Assembly: GCA_963848295.1 (NCBI GenBank)
Contig: CAWKDB010000004.1
Location: 32,001 to 96,000 of the forward strand
Reading direction: 5' to 3'
DNA from: an uncultured delta proteobacterium
Lineage (GTDB): Bacteria > Myxococcota_A > Polyangia > Haliangiales > Haliangiaceae
DNA length: 64,000 bases
Shown one piece after another: positions 60,717 through 64,000 of the stretch (positions are counted from its first letter, which is position 1; every line of letters begins with the position of its first letter). The translations under genes were made by a program, and so were the position numbers. The notes below the pieces were generated by a model, which saw only the letters and a list, made by a program, of their open reading frames with translations, was not told the origin of the DNA and searched no databases.

Positions 60717-61753
60717 GGAAACACGAGGATGTGCGGGCCGATCAAGTCGGGCTCATCGATGCCCTTGATCTTGCCGGCGAGCGAGACCTCGGTGCCGCTG
60801 CTCCACGCGGCCTTGAGGTCGACCTTGATCGGCGATGGGTTATCGCCTTCCTCGTCGTGCGACAGCTCGATGTTGCTCGCGGATGGCACCTTCGACGCGC
60901 CGACGCCGATCGCGACGATGCCGGTCTCGGTGAACGAGGTCGAGTCGACCCCAGTCTCGGTCCCGGTCGTGCACTCGCCCGAGTAGTGCAGGGGCACGTG
61001 CAGTGTCGCGCCGGTGACGGTCGCCGCATCGAGCGCGACGTCCGAGCTGCACTTGAGCGTATCGAGGCCGTCCACGACCGAGAACACGTACCAACCGGCC
61101 GGTAGCTTTGCCGCGACGAGCGTCTCGAGGTGGCCTCCGAACCCACCGGAGTTGCAGCCGCGCGTGAGCTTCTCGAGCTGTTGGAACGGCGCGATCAGCT
61201 TGCCGCCGACGTCGATCGCCTTGTCGCCGCACGTGCAGTCGGCTTCGCCGGCATCGGTGTCGACCACGCGGCCCTTGCAGTACGCCGCGATCGAAGCAAA
61301 GGGCCCATCGAACTTCGCCGGCACCAGCGAATCGGCGGCGGCCGCCGCGACCGGATCGAGCTTCGCGAGCGCGGCCCTCACCACGCGATGGGGTCGAGCC
61401 GCGAGCGATTGTTTGTAGGCCTCGATCGCGCCCTGCTTATCGCCGCGCGCTTCGCGGATCAGCCCGAGGTTGTAGAGCGAGGCGCCGCGGATGCTCGGCG
61501 TGCCCTGACCCGCGAGCGACTTGCGGGTCAGGGTCTCGGCCTTCGCATAGTCCTTCGCGAGATACGCCGCGAAGCCGGCCTCGGAGGCGAGCGTCGGATC
61601 GTCGGGCGCATCCTTGAGCGCCGCTTCGAACACGGCCACGGCCGCGGCGTACTTCTTGTGGTTCGCGAGCTGGCGACCCTTCGCGAGCGACTGCTTCACG
61701 GTGTCGGCGTGGGCGAGGCTGGCCACGAGCAAGAGGGCGACGGCGGCGCGCAT
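60713..61753 (-). CDS. Secreted TPR-containing protein
   Basis: Signal LAHA; TPR-like SLYNLGLI..A.EAY..SL; Cys-containing C-terminal domain. Confidence 0.8.
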   Translation of the reverse strand: MRAAVALLLVASLAHADTVKQSLAKGRQLANHKKYAAAVAVFEAALKDAPDDPTLASEAGFAAYLAKDYAKAETLTRKSLAGQGTPSIRGASLYNLGLIREARGDKQGAIEAYKQSLAARPHRVVRAALAKLDPVAAAAADSLVPAKFDGPFASIAAYCKGRVVDTDAGEADCTCGDKAIDVGGKLIAPFQQLEKLTRGCNSGGFGGHLETLVAAKLPAGWYVFSVVDGLDTLKCSSDVALDAATVTGATLHVPLHYSGECTTGTETGVDSTSFTETGIVAIGVGASKVPSASNIELSHDEEGDNPSPIKVDLKAAWSSGTEVSLAGKIKGIDEPDLIGPHILVFP

Positions 61754-61815
61754 GGAGCCGAGACTAGCGGATGAGCGGATCGGTTACCAACCACAGCGCT
61801 CGTGGTAGCGGTGCG

Positions 61816-63459
61816 CTAACGCTCGACGCGGTAGACGATGAAGTAGCGGTCGCCATCGAACGCGATCGGCGCGGCGATCGCGGCGGCACTCCGCTCGACG
61901 ACGAGATAGTCAGCGCCGAACGATCGCGCGATCGCGAGGCGGCGCGGTCCAGGGACATCGGCCCATCGGTGCTCGACCTCCTCGTGCGTCGCAGCGTCGG
62001 GAACGTCCACGACCCGACACAACCGGCGATACCAGGCGACGAGCTCGTCGGGGATCAGCGGCGGCGACCACGTATCGGCGACCAACGCGCGCCGCGCGAG
62101 CAAGCGGAAGCGACCGAAGCCAGGTGGCGTCAGGAACAGCGCGTCGACCGCGGTCGATCGCCTCGCCCACAGGGTCACCGGATCGACCGCGGCGGCGATC
62201 CGCGGAGCGCACAACGCGGCGCGGCGATGACCGACCGCGATCGCGCACGACGCCACCGCGAGCGCGATCGGCACGTAGTCGCGCACCGCGGCAGGAAGCG
62301 CGCGCGCCGCGATCACGACGAGCGAGGCGAGACCGAGCACGATGTAGGCTTCGCGAGGTGGGACGATGTGGCGTTGGGCGACGATCGCGACGATCGCCGC
62401 TGCGAGCGCGATGCGCCGCCACCGCGGGACAAGGCGCAGGCGAGCCGGCTGCTCGATGACCGCGATCATCGCGACCGCGGCGACGAGCTGACACGCGAGT
62501 TGCGCGAACGGACCCGTGCGCCAGACAAATAGCCGCGTCAGTCCGAGCGTGCTCGGGATCCAGATCACCGCACCGGTGACGAGGCAGATCGCGCTCGCGA
62601 CCCACGCGAAGCGCCAGAGCCGGTCGAGCACGGTCGCCCGCGCGAGCGGCCGGGCGAGTGGCAACGCCGCCCATGCCGCGATCAACCAGCCGACCAACGA
62701 CAGCGCGGAGAACGTGACGCGGTACGGATCGTAGTGCCCGGGCGCGTGGAACTTCTCGAGGATGCGCAACGCGAGATCCGGATCGTTTGCGCTCGCGGTG
62801 AGCTCGGGCACGAACCACACGAGGACGAGGAGCTGCGGCACGACGAGCGTCGCGACTCGTCGCCAGTCCAGCGGGTGCGTCGCGAGCTCGGCCGCCGCGA
62901 ACAGGCCGACGCCGAGGACGAGAAAGTTCACGTGCAGCGCGCCGGCGCACGCGAGCGCGATCCCGGCGACGAACGTTCGGCCGCGCAGCCAGGCAACGAG
63001 CGCGATCAGCCAGCCTAGCGTCGCGAGCGAAGACGGCTGGAGATACCCGGACCACAGATACGAACCGGCGAGCGCTCGACCTTCGGTCAACGCGAGCCAG
63101 GCTGCGAGCACCGCGAACAGCGCGAGCGCGCCGCGTGACACGACCGTCGTGACGGCGTAGTAGACAGCGACGTAGGTCGCGACCGAGACCACGAGCTGCG
63201 CGATGAAGAACGCGACCGCGCCATCGTCGTCGAGACGAAACAGCCAAGCGGCGAGCCACGCGAATACCGGGTGATACGCGGTCGTGTGAGTCACGAGCCA
63301 GTCGTTGCGATAGAGCTCCGGGTGGGCGAGGCGCAACGGCTCGACCAAGTAGGTCAGCTGCGTCTTCGTGGCGAAGCAGCTCGCGTACGCGATCGACAGC
63401 ACGACTGCGATCGCGATCACGGTGGCGGCGATCAGCCATCGCCGGTCCTCCAGTCTCAT
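61816..63459 (-). CDS. Multi-pass membrane protein (DUF6798-like, GT-C-like topology)
   Basis: P.LY.NDW...H..F, many TM segments, LFLTPP..FRL.ARR. Confidence 0.7.
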   Translation of the reverse strand: MRLEDRRWLIAATVIAIAVVLSIAYASCFATKTQLTYLVEPLRLAHPELYRNDWLVTHTTAYHPVFAWLAAWLFRLDDDGAVAFFIAQLVVSVATYVAVYYAVTTVVSRGALALFAVLAAWLALTEGRALAGSYLWSGYLQPSSLATLGWLIALVAWLRGRTFVAGIALACAGALHVNFLVLGVGLFAAAELATHPLDWRRVATLVVPQLLVLVWFVPELTASANDPDLALRILEKFHAPGHYDPYRVTFSALSLVGWLIAAWAALPLARPLARATVLDRLWRFAWVASAICLVTGAVIWIPSTLGLTRLFVWRTGPFAQLACQLVAAVAMIAVIEQPARLRLVPRWRRIALAAAIVAIVAQRHIVPPREAYIVLGLASLVVIAARALPAAVRDYVPIALAVASCAIAVGHRRAALCAPRIAAAVDPVTLWARRSTAVDALFLTPPGFGRFRLLARRALVADTWSPPLIPDELVAWYRRLCRVVDVPDAATHEEVEHRWADVPGPRRLAIARSFGADYLVVERSAAAIAAPIAFDGDRYFIVYRVER

Positions 63460-63605
63460 CGGCGCGCAGCAAGAGCAATGGCTGTACCAGCGCGAGTGGA
63501 TGCAATTTCACCGAGCTGCGATTTTCGTCGACTCGGATCACTGGCAGGACGCGGCAGTGATGTCGCGAACGCATCCGCGCGTTCGTGCATTTCTCACGGC
63601 GGTGA

Positions 63606-64000
63606 CTAGCTCGTCGGCGCGTCGATCGTGATCGCGAGCTTGCCGCGGATATCGCCGATGCGTTGCCGCTCGAGCGCGGTCGGCAGCTCGGCGAGGGGAA
63701 AGCTCGCGTCGAGGATCGGCTCGAGCTTGGCTTCGTCGAACCAGGTCGCGAGCTGCGCGAAGTCGGCGGCGACGGGCTTGACGATGATGAACGTGCAGCG
63801 CTTCGACGAGAACCACGAGCGCGCGATGCCGAGGAACAGCCCCGGCCCGGGCAACAACGCGACGTAGGTGCCGCCACGGTCGAGCAGCGGCGCGCACGTC
63901 CCGAACGTCGACGTCGAGGCGACGTCGAACACGACCGCGAAGCGCTCCTCGATCGCGCGCAGTGGCGTCGTCTTGTAGTCGTAGACCCGGTCGGCGCCGA
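63606..64000 (-). CDS. NAD(P)-dependent MDR/quinone oxidoreductase family protein, C-terminal part (start outside window)
   Basis: GADRVYDY..VFD..L.P.LD..FPL..A....GK. Confidence 0.8.
   Translation of the reverse strand, partial: GADRVYDYKTTPLRAIEERFAVVFDVASTSTFGTCAPLLDRGGTYVALLPGPGLFLGIARSWFSSKRCTFIIVKPVAADFAQLATWFDEAKLEPILDASFPLAELPTALERQRIGDIRGKLAITIDAPTS

Noticed and set aside
63537..63585. Two small hairpins (ATCACTG/CAGTGAT, CGAACGC/GCGTTCG) in an intergenic gap
   Set aside because: 7-bp stems without a U-tract or recognisable RNA family; expected by chance at this GC content.

Overview
This is GC-rich bacterial DNA. Its gene content (eukaryote-like Ser/Thr kinases, several sigma54 activators, Cys-rich lipoproteins) suggests Myxococcota, which is an inference. 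I found no rRNA, tRNA, CRISPR array or transposase. The window has four blocks. (1) About 1-37.8 kb is a low-oxygen/stress island: hemerythrin-like proteins, phosphoketolase, acetate kinase, Zn-ADH, a GNAT/acyl-CoA synthetase fusion, USP, BON, CBS, two ChaB, OsmC, SPFH, S2P, a di-heme cytochrome c and ABC systems. These surround an NtrC-type activator co-transcribed with a frameshifted protoglobin histidine kinase. At least 16 sigma54 -24/-12 promoters are readable by eye; 15 lie 14-16 nt before a start codon (near-leaderless). Most have tandem CGCA-N5-TGCG palindromes at a nearly fixed distance. The block also holds several gene relics. (2) About 37.9-42.7 kb has a kinase, a candidate outer-membrane protein, PadR-DoxX and a gnd relic. 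(3) 42.8-48.9 kb is a tightly coupled fatty-acid tailoring operon: a Bm3R1/FatR-like TetR with a perfect palindromic operator, three desaturases (one cytochrome b5-fused), a PUFA-isomerase-like flavoprotein and a Cfa-like methyltransferase. This is the best candidate for an undescribed pathway. (4) 48.9-64 kb has a GH1 + GT2 pair under a second sigma54 two-component system, a barrel-less SurA-POTRA protein and housekeeping genes. All calls come from motif reading; no database search was run.
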